Below are positions 22,541 through 36,400 of a DNA stretch of 64,000 nucleotides, one piece after another (within the stretch, counting starts at the first letter, position 1; the number at the start of each line of letters is the position of its first letter). Where the stretch lies: positions 6,780,101 through 6,844,100 of the forward strand of contig NC_092677.1 of the NCBI RefSeq assembly GCF_964355755.1. The letters are read 5' to 3'. Below the pieces are notes generated by a model. It was not told the origin of the DNA. It saw nothing but the letters and a program-made list of their open reading frames with translations, and did no database searches. Both the position numbers and the translations under genes were made by a program. The stretch comes from Antedon mediterranea. Its lineage: Eukaryota; Animalia; Echinodermata.

Positions 22541-24769
22541 ACACGAACAAGCAACCTGGGTTCAAGTCACAGATAGTATGAGCAGCATCCATGCACAAAT
22601 AAGTTTAGTTAATGTGATTTCCGTAAAATCCCAAGGTCCATGGTTCGATCCTCACCTACTCCAGGATTGGAACTAAGATTATTTCTACATTACTCCTTAA
22701 GCCTCAAATGAGTTTATTTTATAAGCAAGAAGCATAATATTGTTTAGGCCTATATTTGACAATTTATTTGTATGATTTAAAGCATAGGGTTTTTTAAAAA
22801 TAATTTTTACACATTGTTGGATTTGTTTAGTTTAGATAAAAACACCATATAAAGAAGATGCTTTGTATATGAGATAGAAGTTTCAATATGAACAGCGTAT
22901 GTTGTTAGAAACATCAAAACCTTCAGTGCTACAGTAATGGGAATTTACTTTGCAATCTGTCACAAGAAATATGCCTACGGCGTCCAAGATGAACAACGAA
23001 TTTATATAAACTTCGTTCGGTTACACAGCAACTACTAAGGTTTTATTCTGTACATAAATCAAGATCAACTAGAGCTATCGAGGGCCCTTTGTTCGCCACC
23101 TAGTTTCGTGAAGGTCATAGAAACAACATTCATAATCAAATCAACTAAAACTATTTTACCGACGAAAAAAAAACTTTCATTTACGAAACTTCTACACAAA
23201 TATTTGTATATAAAAGAAATATGTCATGTCATAATATTTGAATGTTAATATGATTTTATGGTTGAATATGCAAATTGGGCACATTACATAAATTTTAAGA
23301 CCAGTTCAACAATGAACGTATCAATATGTGGGTACCATCTAAATGTAAAATGATAAGGACATTTTAAAATAACTTCCATGTGACTGTAATTCTATTTGCG
23401 TACAAAGAAAATTGTTTTCGTAAAAATATCGCATATTCTTACTTTATAAAATAGTTTACAATTAGGTCATTTACGTACTATATTTTCAATGATGCTTGTT
23501 AGTACTTATTAAAATTTGTCCAACATCCATCTCGGGGTGTCAGCAATAACTTAAATTATTACTTAACCATTCAATTATTAAATTATTTAAATATATAGCA
23601 ATTATCTTGGCTGAGAAAATGATTCAAAATTAAGTCTATCTTTACTATACTTACTTGTTAATAAAGATAATTTAGAATTTAAACTAAATTTGTCACGCGT
23701 TGGTTTAGTTAATTAATTTAATTATTATTAACAGAATTATTAAATTAAATTACAAATTAGTTTTATTTTAATACTTTGAAATTGGTATAATAACTCCTTA
23801 AAATCATTGATTTTTATAGATCAAATTCAAAGGTTGATTAACATCGCAAAATATTTTATTAAATACGTGAAATTTTAATTTGAAAAATACATATAACATT
23901 AATATTATTCATACAAATACGTACGTTAAAATTTTAGAATCTGGCAGATTATATTAACCCTAGGGGGTATTTAAAACCGCAAAAAGGGTAGTAAGTTATT
24001 GGTAGAGGTTAATATATTATTATTTTTTTACTGCGTAATAATGTGACCTTTTGACTAGGCCAGAGGTTAATCGACTAATAAGAGGAAGGTTAATTTGAAA
24101 AGCCTTTAATACAATCAGTATAGGCAGGACACATGGAGGCTAGCAGCTGCCATTTTAAAGCAAAAAAAAAACGCAAGCTTCGTTTTCTGCAATGGCGGTT
24201 GGTCAGCTACGACAACGCATTCACGAAACATTAATTTTAACCACAATGCATACAACATATATGAATATCGTTGCACAGCGAATCTATAATTATCACGTAT
24301 GCTAAGACAACGCTTTAAAAATCGCTTTTGAATAAAATTTGAAAATCTAACTATGTTTGTGTGATGTTACGCGACATTTCTATCTTATACATTTAAGAAA
24401 ATAATTACGATAACTTTATATACTTTATTAATATTATGCATTCATTTAACGTATCTTATAATTCAAAATAATGTTATCATGATTGCTATTCGGCTTTACA
24501 ATTATAATTTTTACTGTATATCGCATTATCAATAGAACGTAATTGTATAATACATGTAATATTACATTGTATATACATAGATTATGATTAAGTTTGTTAA
24601 TATATTAATATTATAAGTATATATACACTGCAAAATCTTCGTAAAATAAAATGTTTAGAAATATAATTAACGTATTGAAAAGGCCGGTGTCAGATTTTTA
24701 CTTTGTTTTAAGTTTGGTTGAGTTTTGCTTAATAAGTTAGTTTTCAAAATAAACTAACTAATAATAAAA

Positions 24770-24833
24770 TAAATATTTGTACATATTCACTTAAGTACTT
24801 TTAAGCACTTAAGTGAATATGTACAAATATTTA
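24770..24833. repeat. Inverted repeat, 27-bp perfect arms with 10-nt spacer
   Basis: TAAATATTTGTACATATTCACTTAAGT acttttaagc ACTTAAGTGAATATGTACAAATATTTA. Confidence 0.9.
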
Positions 24834-27800
24834 AAATATTAAAATCATTCTGAATTAAGCAAAAAGATTATCAGTCCTGATATTATTGTCAGTCCAAATT
24901 ATTTATATTGTTAAATTACATTTTTTAAAAAAAAAGGTATTTAATCTATAGCTAACTTTGTGATAAATAATTAATCTAAAAAAATATTTGAGTGGTTATT
25001 CCATTCATTTCGAATTGTTTTGAGGCGAAGCTTCGCATATAATTTTAAAAACACATACAGCACATAAGCGGAACCATAGTAAGCTTATGTTGTATAATCG
25101 CTATGCTGTACAATGTTTAAGTACCAATGTACGAAGAAACTAATCGAAGAAATGCAACGATGAAGACTACGTATTTGTATATGCTCCCGTCTGCTAGATT
25201 GCAATTCAAGCACGGTAGAAAGCAATGGCGGGTATACACTCTTTTGATATGAACATTCTCTACCTTAGAAATTCAGCTGAAGTGAAATACAGGTCAAGCT
25301 AGCCTTGTAATTCTAAGAAACTACAAATGTTATGGAGAAAAAATCGACAGTCAATATCTGATATTGTTAGTATTAAGGCAATGATTGCGAAATAAATACA
25401 GTATTTCTATTTTAAATTTGTTATTAAAACGTTTGTATTCCAAAAAAAGAGTTTATCTTTAGTTAAAAGAAAATAATTAACACGAACAGCCTGCAGGTCC
25501 GTTATTGCAAAGCTTTTACTCGATTTCATCCGCAATAATACACCCCAAGGGATATTAGTTAATAAAATACGGGCACAGGATTTAAAAAAATATTATATAT
25601 TTATAAAAATATTTTTAGTTTACTAGTAGTACTATTAAATTTTGTAGTGTAATCCTGTAAATTGGGTAATGTCTGTATTTTTATTTTATTTTTCATTTTA
25701 TTCCATCGAAACCAACAGCGATAATGCACAAATTAATTTAATAGTTATATTTATTTTATGATTTAAACATCTTATTCAAATTAAATGCTCTGTCAATATG
25801 TTTTAGAATCTTTTGAGTGAAGTAAAATTTGACAAGGCATAGAAACACGACTAGTTACTGGAAGTTACTTAAATTTTAAACAGTTTTAAGTTGAGAAAAC
25901 TAGTGAGAATGAGAAAATGCGGCCATTACTGCAAGATTCAGCAGTTTTTTTATTCTCACCAATCTCCTCATTTTTAACCGTTTAATAATTGGGCTGTTTA
26001 GAGTTTCTCAATGCCTGTGAATTCATAATGCACATAGGTTTGGAAAAGAGGGATGTAATAAAATAAAAATCAAGGTTCCCATCCTCCAATTAACAGTAAA
26101 TAATTTATGTTTAAACCATAAGAAACATGTGGAACAGACGAAATTCAGCTTCTTAAATATCATCAAACCATGTGCAATTATACTCAAAGAAGGTTGTGTA
26201 CATTAAGGAACATGACGATTCTATCTAGGAACTAAAGTACAGTAACTGAAATTTATATTATGAATACCAATACAACACGATAATGGTAATCCAAAGTACA
26301 AACTTTTATAATAAACTATGTCATAAAATTTACAATAAAAAAAACCCGACAAACTAAACGTTACGTTTTACGTTTATCATCGGTGGAAAAATTTCAAATC
26401 CACAGAAAAGCGATAAACCGACAAAATGCTTCGCAAACGACTTCGAGGACGAGGACTTTCTGTGATAATTACGTGATATATATTATCATTAACAAAAACC
26501 ATACTGCAAAGTAATTTGATAATCAGCTTTGGCAAAAGTAGGACGGAGTCAGGTAAGACCAATGATTGTCCTTCAATCTAGTTTTGTACTAGTTTACTCC
26601 GAATAAACATTATGTCAATTAAACATTATATTCTAAAGGTTATTGACTTGAAACGGCAAATATAAAATTTGCTAAACTACACTTCCAAAAAAAAATTAGG
26701 CCAGGTCGGGGTTTTTCACCTCTCTTCTATCAACGATAAAGTGATTTTTATATCAAAATGACAAAGAAAATTATTTATTTTTGCGACGATGTCCTTGTCA
26801 CGTCATCAATGTAAAATCAGATATATTTAGAATTAAATATATTTTTCAAGATGAATAATATAATGCAACGCTGAATAAACCCATGAAATTCTGATCAGAA
26901 AACCTGTCCAATTTTTTTTTTTACGCCCATAAATGAGAAATGTACAAAATAAGGGACCGGCTGGAGAGGTCATGTATTCGCGCTTCCCTGGGGATTCCAC
27001 ACTGATCCTTACAAATAAAATTATATTTCTTCGTTATGAATTTATGATTTCATAAAACGGGTTACGATAAAGCAATAATATAATTCTGGCAAATGATTAA
27101 CGAAACAGATAAGACAAAAGAAGGAAATAGACTAAAAAGGTACATCCTACAAAAATAGTATAACAATTATTTACAATTTTCTCAAAATTAAAAAACAAAA
27201 GCGCAGCATACGTAATGCAAAATACAAGACAATAATGATTTCTAAATATTTTAGATTTCTTTCAGGAAAGAAAAAAATAGACATCATTTTTGTTGTAATT
27301 TATTTTTTTCTCGTGTAAATAATATAACATCTCCAAAAAAACCCATAAAAACAAAGAGCATTTATTCATATATAACATATATATAGCATTTAAACCTGAC
27401 AAAATTAAGATTGAAATAGTATAACTACCAATCCTACATTTTTTGTTGACACATATTTTGTTTACCGGTACCGTAAATTATCAAACAAAATATGTCTTTT
27501 ACCAAAAATGAATATTATTGTGAAAATATGATATTTAACCTACATACTATTATCAAATAAATATGTTTATTTTAGATTAAATAGTATATCATTTGACCTA
27601 CCCTTCTCAGCAATAGTAACCAAAATAAACAGAAATAGCCAGAATGTTTATACCATATTTTCTCGAATACATTTTTAAAAACGACAAATTGTGAGGTATA
27701 CAAACTAAATGAGGTCACACTATTTATGGAAACTTAAATTTAAAACTGTATGTTACGCATATTTAATGACCGTGGTCAATTCAAATTTTTTTTTTTTTGG

Positions 27801-29571
27801 GAGAAAAATTTGCCACGTTCTAACACTAAAGTAAGGGATCACCTCAACGTTAAAACCATTTCAATACTATTCTCAAATCTGTTGCGATAAACGCAGATAC
27901 CCAATAATCGTGAATGCACATTAATTAGCGGATTTATTTGATTATTTACGGTAATATTTTGGGGCCAAAACGGATACAGTACATTTAAGATGTACGATAA
28001 TGTTTACTAAAATCTCTAGATACAAGATGTAGCAGTTTTAAACAACTCAACTAGAATACGACCTGGATTAGTATTACTTAAAAATATAAATAATTGATTT
28101 GCATCGGATATATTATGAGTAAGAGAGAGAAAGACGACCCGTTGAATTTTTGATAACACATACTCTTACACACAGGAGTTTTATTTAATAAATATATATC
28201 TAAATAGATGTAAAATCATTTTTTATATTGCTAAGGGTATATTTGCTAAGTGTGGTCATATATTTGCTTTGCTTTACATATCATATCAATGTATTCTACT
28301 GCAATAACATGTACACGTTTATGAAGCAGTCACTGCAATAAACAGTGTTATGAAAAATAATTTCATAAATGAAAAGTAGTTACTGCAGTAACTGCAGTAA
28401 AACAGTGTTGACATGGTTCTTTAGACATGGCTAATAAGCGCACCCCATGCAATAACTATTTAAACCATTTAAACCCCAGCTGAAATACCACAGTCACAAT
28501 GAAATTATTATCAACAAGGTTTTTTTTTAGTAAAACAAAGCAAAAAACTTTCTGAATAACAAATTATTTTATATTTTCTTGCCAATGTTTTACGCAAAAC
28601 CTGTTTTGCCCGTTTAATAAAAATGTTATATGTGAAAAACAATTAGGTATATCTTGCATTTACAAATGTAACCATATTAGCAATTTTTAACACTAGCAAT
28701 ACACGACCACACACAACATATAAAGGCAATTTTTTCTTATTTACAAAAGTGAAAAAAAATCGATCGGCGATATTGAATTCAAGCAAATCGCTGAGGGTTC
28801 CTTAAAAGACTACGATAATTTTATTATAAAAACATGTACTGGCAATTTTACCTACAGAACCACACATCATCAATATCATCAACATCATCATCAATGTAAT
28901 TTAATTTCCAAATTTTCAGTTTAATTTTTGTTTGAGAAATCTTCCTTATTTATGAATAAACAAATGTATATAGATTATAGATTAGTAAAATTATCAATTT
29001 TAGTCGCAAAATCATGATATTTAAAATATATCCATAATTTGTACTTATAATTGATAATAAACATGTTTTTATATTTCTAGTTTGTCCTGAATCCCAATCC
29101 GATACTTGTTACATGAAGGCCCGTTGGCAATTAAAAAAACGGAGTTCTAATTATTTTATAAAATCATCTGCAATGCGGAAATTTAAACAATAACCATCGG
29201 AAATACTCACAAATTGAGGCACAGAATATAAAGAATTCACTTTGTGACAACTAAACAACCTCCTGAAGTATACACGCACACGCACACCGAAAACACCCTG
29301 GGACAGAGATAAAACTTTTTATTTTTACATACCCTATAGTTACAAATTCTCTGTTGACATACTTCAAGGTTACGTTGAAAACACAGAACATTAATTTACT
29401 TATTTTTGCAGCAAAATTGAATGCAAGGGTTACAGGGATGGATATAGGGATAAGGATAGTACAGTAGTAAAGGGTCAGGAACAACAGATAGCATTTTTTC
29501 AAAACATGCATTTTAAAAGGTGTTTTTTTTTTCCCCGAGCACCATTTATAAATTAACAGTTCAGTAGATTG

Positions 29572-29945
29572 TTACGATGCTTTCAAATGATTCGTTTTTA
29601 TTTCATGATTGTTCGTGGTTCGAATCAACGAGTTCAGCCTGATCCGATGTTCTTCTCGTAACCATTTATGCTGTTCACGTTTCCACTCATGTTCTTCCAT
29701 CATCATTTTTATCCGAACTTGATGTTCTTCAATCATAAGACGCATTTTAAGTTCTTCGCATTTCTCTGTTGAATTACGCGATTCGGAATCACATTCCATT
29801 TCTTGAGGTGTAGCCGGCATCTTCGGATGGACTAATGGTGGCTCTGTTGCCTCTGATGGCGCTTGACTCCCAGAAGTAGATTCTGATGATTGAGGCGATT
29901 CAAATAAATTTTGGGCTTCAGAAGTTCGTTGATGCATTGGAGAAT
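29572..29945 (-). CDS. Exon 2 of tandem Myb/SANT-like gene: Ser/Pro-rich linker and C-terminal coiled coil
   Basis: ttttttatag acceptor, phase 1 matching exon 1; ELKMRLMIEEHQVRIKMMMEEHEWKREQHKWLREEHRIRLN resembles MSANTD/Harbinger Myb-protein C-termini; TAA at 29572-29574. Confidence 0.8.
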
Positions 29946-30584
29946 CTATAAAAAAATATTTGTCATTTATTTAATTTATTAATTTGTAATATTAAAACAC
30001 AATTAGAATATGTACTTTTAAATAAACAGTGGTTTTTGCAGATATATTAAAATCATAATTTACATGTACTAATTCTAAAGTAGATAGAATATAAATATAT
30101 ATTACTACAAGCTAAATCAAACTAGTAAAAGTAAAGTATATATATTTATACTTGTTGGTCATAAGTTTTTCAAAAATTGTAGCTATAAAACTTAACATAC
30201 TAAATATTCTAATTTATCATACAAAATATTAAGGAGATTATTCTCATTTAACTATAACAATAATGACAATAATAATATTCAAAAAATATACTCGTAAAAA
30301 AATAAGAACAAGAAAATACAAAAATTAACTGAAACCATTAAAAAAAACATAATTAAAATTGCATAATTTAATATGAAAACATGTAAATGATTAATTATAA
30401 TATTAAATAATGGCATGAAATTTATAATTAAATTAATCATCATAATATTAATACTGGTAATACAAAGTTAATTAGTGAAATACATTGAAGTAGGGGATAA
30501 ATTGATTTGATGCAGAATAGTAACAAACCAAATGAACCTATATTAAAATATCAATCTTTTGAATACAAAATATAGTATTCAAAT

Positions 30585-31440
30585 GTAACAAGGTTTATTT
30601 ATGTAAATAAAACGCATCATTTCTGGTTTTACATTCCAATATTTGGAACGTAGTCGCGTATTTTTTTAAAACTGCAATTTAGAAAGGACAATTTGATGTA
30701 TTATATAAAATAGTATTTATAAATTATTTTTATATAATTATCATACAGCAAATTTACAAGGTCTAATAATAAACGACGCATCATTTGTGGTTTCATTCGA
30801 AAGTATTTGAGTCCGAAAAACCACAATCTGAAAATGGAGATTTTTTGGTCTTATGTGAAAAACATTTTTCACCAAAATAATATAGTAATTAATAAACTTA
30901 TATTTAAATAGTATTTATAAATCATTTTTATATAATTATTATTAAGTCAATCAATTGTGATAACATAAGTCAATATTTGAAACATAGTCGAATATAATTC
31001 TAAAAAGCGTAATTTTTTAGGTCTAAAGAGAAAAAAATTTGTCTCAAAATAATATGTATTAATATTAAATTAAAAATAGTATTTATAAATCATTATAAAG
31101 CAAATGCATAAGGTCTATACTTATATTTAAAAAGACGCATCAATTGCTGTAACCTACGCCAAGATTAGAAATATAGTCCACAATTTAAAAAATGGAGAAT
31201 TTTGAGGTCTGAACTCAAAAATATGTACCGTATATAAGTACAAATCGTATCTTACATGAATAGTATTTATACAATTTTTTTTTATTTTCATAAAGCAAAT
31301 TTACAAGGTCTACTTACTGTATAGTTATACAAAAAAATAAAAAGATACATTAATTGTGGTTTCTTATGCCAATATTTAAAACGTATATAGTCGCATTTCA
31401 TAAACCGCAACCTAAAAAATTGAGAATTTTTAAGTGAAAA
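30585..31440. repeat. Old diverged tandem repeat (about 170-200-bp unit, about 5 copies) in the Myb-gene intron
   Basis: Recurrent AAGGTCTA...GACGCATCATTTGTGGTTT...ATATTTG..ATAGTCG...GGAGAATTTT...AATAGTATTTATAAAT blocks. Confidence 0.6.
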
Positions 31441-31884
31441 ATGTGCCAACCAGCAAGATAAAATTGTACAACACGCTTTTTAATAACCAGCTTCTTTAAA
31501 TATATATATTGTATATTTATTATATTATGTAACAATTATATAACTCATAATTATTAAAACAGATTAATTATATGCATTTACAAAATATGTTATTTCTGCC
31601 CGATAGTGTTTAGGCTCAATTTCAACAGAAATTCTGCGCGTATGCATTTTGTTGTCTCGGTCATGGGAGATAATACGACTATAACACTGGAGAGTCTACG
31701 GCAAACCGGGGACTTATGAAGCCTGGAATATTGAAATACCTAAACCAAGGAAATTGTGGTTTAAAGCTAGATATCACAATAGATATTCGAAACTTATATC
31801 CTTGAAACTAAAATAACCGAAAAAAAAATATATATAATTTCTACTTCGTAATTGACTATTTCCGTTGTATTTATACAAACTCAC

Positions 31885-32584
31885 CTTCACAATCTTTTGA
31901 TGTTTCTACCGATTCAAAAATATGTGGAATAAAAGCACGCATAGTATCCGTTACCGATGGCGTGGAAGATGGCGAAGCGCTTGAAGCTTCCATCTTTATC
32001 ATTTGTAATTCTTGCCAATCTAAAGCGTCTTGTTTTCTAGCTTTTTGCGTAAGGTTCTGAAAACAAGTTCTCAATTCTTGAGCAGTTCGGATGCAAACAT
32101 CCTCTTCATTGTTAAATAAATTTTCAATGTTTTGCCAAGCTTCGTCTTTACTTTTTTGCGTTTTCATATCCTTACACGAGGAAACTACGATAGGGTGTTG
32201 GTTGGCCAAATGAATTAACAAACTTCGCTCAAGAGGCGAAAAATTCGCTTTCCTTTTTACCATCGGTTCATTACCACAAATTGGCCCTGAAATTCCGTCA
32301 CGTTTCCTGCAGTTTTGAACACTTTCATCTTTTTTAGCTTTCTGAAGCAAATTCTGGTAGCAAATTCTCAATTCCTGTGATGTACGTACGGAAATATTTT
32401 CAGAATCATTGAATAAAGCAGCGATCATTTGCCAGGCTTCGTCTTTGCAACGTTGCGTTTTAGAATCCTTAGACGACGAACTTACTATAGGGTAGCCTTT
32501 AGTTAAATCAAGCAAAATACTTTTTTCCAGCATCGTAAAGTTGGCTTTACGCTTGGCCATGGGTGGTATGCGTAGGGAGCTCAT
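31885..32584 (-). CDS. Exon 1 of MSANTD-like protein with two tandem Myb/SANT-like (Myb_DNA-bind_5-type) domains; 357 aa spliced from ATG 32584 (alternative ATG 32560)
   Basis: Two copies of KRKANF..LE.S.L..L....PIV.SS.KD.KTQ..KDEAWQ.I...FN.......RT.QELR.C[YF]QNL.QKA.K; GAAG|gtgagt donor at 31885/31884. Confidence 0.88.
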
Positions 32585-34297
32585 GAGTGACTCCGATGTT
32601 TTCACGTCAGGTACCAATAAAAACAGCTATGTTTCACGGAATAATGTTACTTATAAACAGCCACGACTAAGTTCAAAATATAACAACATGAAGACATGAA
32701 GCAATGTGCATCTAGCCTTGACCAGTTATTGACATGTTCACTAATACTGGTATGTTGTCGTTTCGCAGTTCTAATGGCTGACTCCTAGTGTACACAACTA
32801 TAGATCTCTTTTAATATTGTGCCATAAATGCTATTACCTAATTAAATTCCATTCCTATGACCTTCGTAACCTTCGCGTACATGTACGTGATTGGCTAGAC
32901 CCATCTATAGACCTAATGTAATTATAACCCTAATTTAACTCTCTGTATAATAGAAAATATTTATGAATTTGGGGTATAACATGCCCAGAACACAATAAAC
33001 AATAATTTTAGGCCAAACTATGAATGAAAACAATGCGTACTAACCAACACACCAACTTCTTTACCAGGATAGGAGACAATGAAACCACAAACTGGAAAGT
33101 CAATTCGCACATGTGGAAAATGGGTTATTACAACGATATTTCAGGCTTTACATTCAACGATTTCGAGGACAAAAACATCACTGTTTAATTATCATTCATC
33201 TGTCGAAACAATCGCAGACACTAATTTCCAAATAATATTTTTGGCCTTACTCTTGGCCCGAAAATATCACCTCGATATACGCCGAGTATATTTTTCTCCA
33301 CCGGCATCCAATGGACGAGTCCAACTCCAGCTGTAAAATGGCTAGGCCTAGCAAAACGTAGAACATGATACAACCATATTTTTAAATGAATAGAACTAAC
33401 AATTGTATGGTAATACATGGGACATGGGTATTATATAGGATATGCATGACTAATAATTGAAATATCATTTAACAATAGCTTTACACCAGGTAAATCTAAC
33501 AAAATGAAGGTTAGAAATACCGAAAAGTAAACCGCTTTTTTTTTTCGTGGTAACCGATCGGGTATGTCGACGTGGAACAATATTTCCTCTTGTAGTTATG
33601 TGAAAAAGCAGGCCTAGCAATGAAGGTATTTTTCAGTTTAACGATCACAATCATTATATATATCAATTTGAAATTTGAATATCATTAATTTAAATAATAT
33701 TAAACAAATGAAAATTAAATATATAAATGTAAATATATAGAATACATAATAAAAATGTAATTTTTTTCATTTTACTTATTGATTTTAATATTTATGTTAC
33801 ATTAATTAACATTAATTAATTAGCTATGGTTAAAAAAGATAATATTTGTATTAATTTTTTTTAATTCTATATTTTGTATTCAAACAATGTAAATTACAAA
33901 ATAGATTGTAAGATACATTTTTAATAATTTAAAATATATTTCATCATTAATTCTAATGTAGTTATATTTATTCCAAATTTCTTAATGAACCATTCTACTA
34001 ATTCAGACAATTTCAATAGAAGTTCAATGTATTGTGTTTCATTCACATTTTATAGTATATTGTAGCAAGTCATTTATTATCCTTTTAAAACCAATTTTTA
34101 AAAAAACCAGAAACAATATACTGCAGCAACAAAATATATACAACAATACTAACAAAAACACTGGCAAAATACCACCTACCCATTTATATATATTGTATAT
34201 TTCCCTTAGAAATTTGACGCCGTACTTCCAATACTACCATTACTTTTGAAACCACTAGGCTTACACAATACTGATAATAAAAGAAAAACCCCCATCG

Positions 34298-34516
34298 GCC
34301 GTTAAAAGCGGGTCCCTTATTCAGGCAGCAGTATCATGCAACATGTGGGCTTACAATATATTGAATGATTTCTCCATGTTTTTACGACCTTTTTGTTACA
34401 TTTTTGACCCTCAACTAATAATAGCGAAACCAGGTTGATATTCACAGGAACTGTATAGAACATTCAATGAACGTTCAGTGACTCTTGCCTGCTGCCTGAA
34501 TGCTTTTAACCGCTGT
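34298..34516. mobile_element. MITE-like element
   Basis: CGTTAAAAGC(9-nt insert)ATTCAGGCAGCAG / CTGCTGCCTGAATGCTTTTAACCG inverted ends. Confidence 0.55.
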
Positions 34517-35327
34517 AGGCTAACTGACGTGCAAATAAACAGTAAATTTAATTTGATTTCTGTAGTATTGTTTCCTTTATTAAATCTTACACTTAATACA
34601 TTATATGTATGTGTAGTTAATCAAATCCATGACTTTAATTTAATTTAGCCAAATAGTGTGTGAATAAATTACTAAATTTAATCTAATTTCTTTAATATTA
34701 TTTCCTTAATATGCCATGAGGACTCCTATGGAAACAAGTATTTGTTAGCTTATAGTGTTATGGGCCATGTGAAATATTTAATTTTCATTTTTCATTTCAA
34801 GAACGTTTATTAATTTCAATAATGGCAAATACAATACATATGCTATAATTAATTGTTAAAGACCCTTATTGGGTATCCTGTATTAGAATAAAACAAAGAT
34901 TCTTGTCACATCCAGGATCCCAAAGAAAAACAACTACAAAGCAACTGCAGTTACTGCAGTAACTAAACTTTGTTACACTTTACCTGTTTATTCAATTATT
35001 TAGAAAGCATTTTTCAGGTAATAATACACATTGTTTATTGCAGTCAGCAGTGTCTCATAAATGACTACGTTAAAACAAATTAAATTTGTAGTGAAAAGAT
35101 GTAGTTACTTCAGTGAAATATTTTCATTTTCTTTGTGTGAAAGTTTTTTTTTTCGATGATTACAATTTTTTTAAATTAATATATATAATAAATAATAAAC
35201 CCACAAACATACATATATTAGTAATGTTCCATATTTTATCAGATATAAATATAATATATGATTAATGATAATTGTGCAACAATATATTGGCAAACTTAAT
35301 TTGATTTGTCCATTAAATGTCTTTGTA

Positions 35328-35508
35328 AAGCTTGGTTCCCACTAGAACGTAACGCAAGGACGTAAACGCAACGCAAGCGTTTTAACCAATGACAAGCGAA
35401 GTTATAGACAGTTAGCAATCACAAGCGAATAAGCCATCGCTTGTGATTGGTCAATTCACTTGCGTTGCGTTACGTCCTTGAGTTGCGTCGCTAGTGGGAA
35501 CCACGCTT
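35328..35508. mobile_element. Young fold-back MITE (Harbinger-like TIR)
   Basis: AAGCTTGGTTCCCACTAG..CGCAAGGACGTAA.CGCAACGCAAG / CTTGCGTTGCGTTACGTCCTTG..CTAGTGGGAACCACGCTT; flanked by TA (or TWA); CpG-rich relative to flanks. Confidence 0.85.
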
Positions 35509-35719
35509 TAACCACAGAAATAATATATAAACCGAAAAATACAAATTTATTTTTTTTTATTTTATTCATTTCGGCAATAAACAAGACAAGACACGAAGCC
35601 GAGGAGAGACAAAAGCATTAAACAAAACGCTGTCACCGGTAAGGTGTGTCTCTAAACCACCTAGTGATAAGCTGAAAATGAATTAATCACCCTTACAACT
35701 TAGGGTGCCATTATACATT

Positions 35720-36400
35720 AAGATAGCATATCTCAAGGGTCTTTTAGCTCAGGGTGGCCTTATAACTTAGGATGGTATGCCTCAGGGGGTCTTTTAGCTC
35801 AGGGTGGCCTTATTCCTTAGGATGGTATGCCTCAGGGGGTCTTTTAGCTCAGGGGGGTCTTTTAGCTCAGGGTGGCCTTATACCTCAGGATAGCATATCT
35901 CAAGGGTCTTTTAGCTCATGGTGCCCTTATACCTTAGGATGGTATGCCTCAGGGGGCCTTTTAGCTCAGGGTGGCCTTATACCTCAGGATGGCATATCTC
36001 AGGGGTCTTTTAGCTCAGGGTCGCCTTATACCTCAGGATGGCATATCTCAAGGGTCTTTTAGCTCATGGTGGCCTTATACCTTAGGATGGTATGCCTTAG
36101 GTGGTCTTATAGCTCAGGGTGGCCTTATACCTCAGGATGGCATATTTCAAGGGTCTTTTAGCTCAGGGTCGCCTTATTCCTCAGGATGGCATATCTCAAA
36201 GGTCTTTTAGCTCATGGTGGCCTTATACCTTAAGATGGTATGCCTTAGGTGGTCTTATAGCTCAGGGTGAACTTATACCTCAGGATGGCATGCCTCAGTG
36301 GGATGGCCGTGTCTTCAGCAGGGTCTTTTAGCTCAGGGTGGTATTATACCTCAAAGTGGCCTTATTAAATATATATCAGGATGGCATTATACCCTAGAGT
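35720..36400. repeat. Minisatellite with about 49-50-bp unit built from three related 16-17-bp subunits
   Basis: GGGTCTTTTAGCTCAGGGTGGCCTTATACCTCAGGATGGCATATCTCAA repeated about 12 times. Confidence 0.9.

Noticed and set aside
24114-24153. MAAASLHVSCLY as PIGU exon 1
   Set aside because: Stops after 12 codons and lacks the RVE...SWKR motif; AAAATGGC may simply be a YY1-like motif.
35772-36331. Overlapping ORFs of 70-96 aa
   Set aside because: Minisatellite translations.
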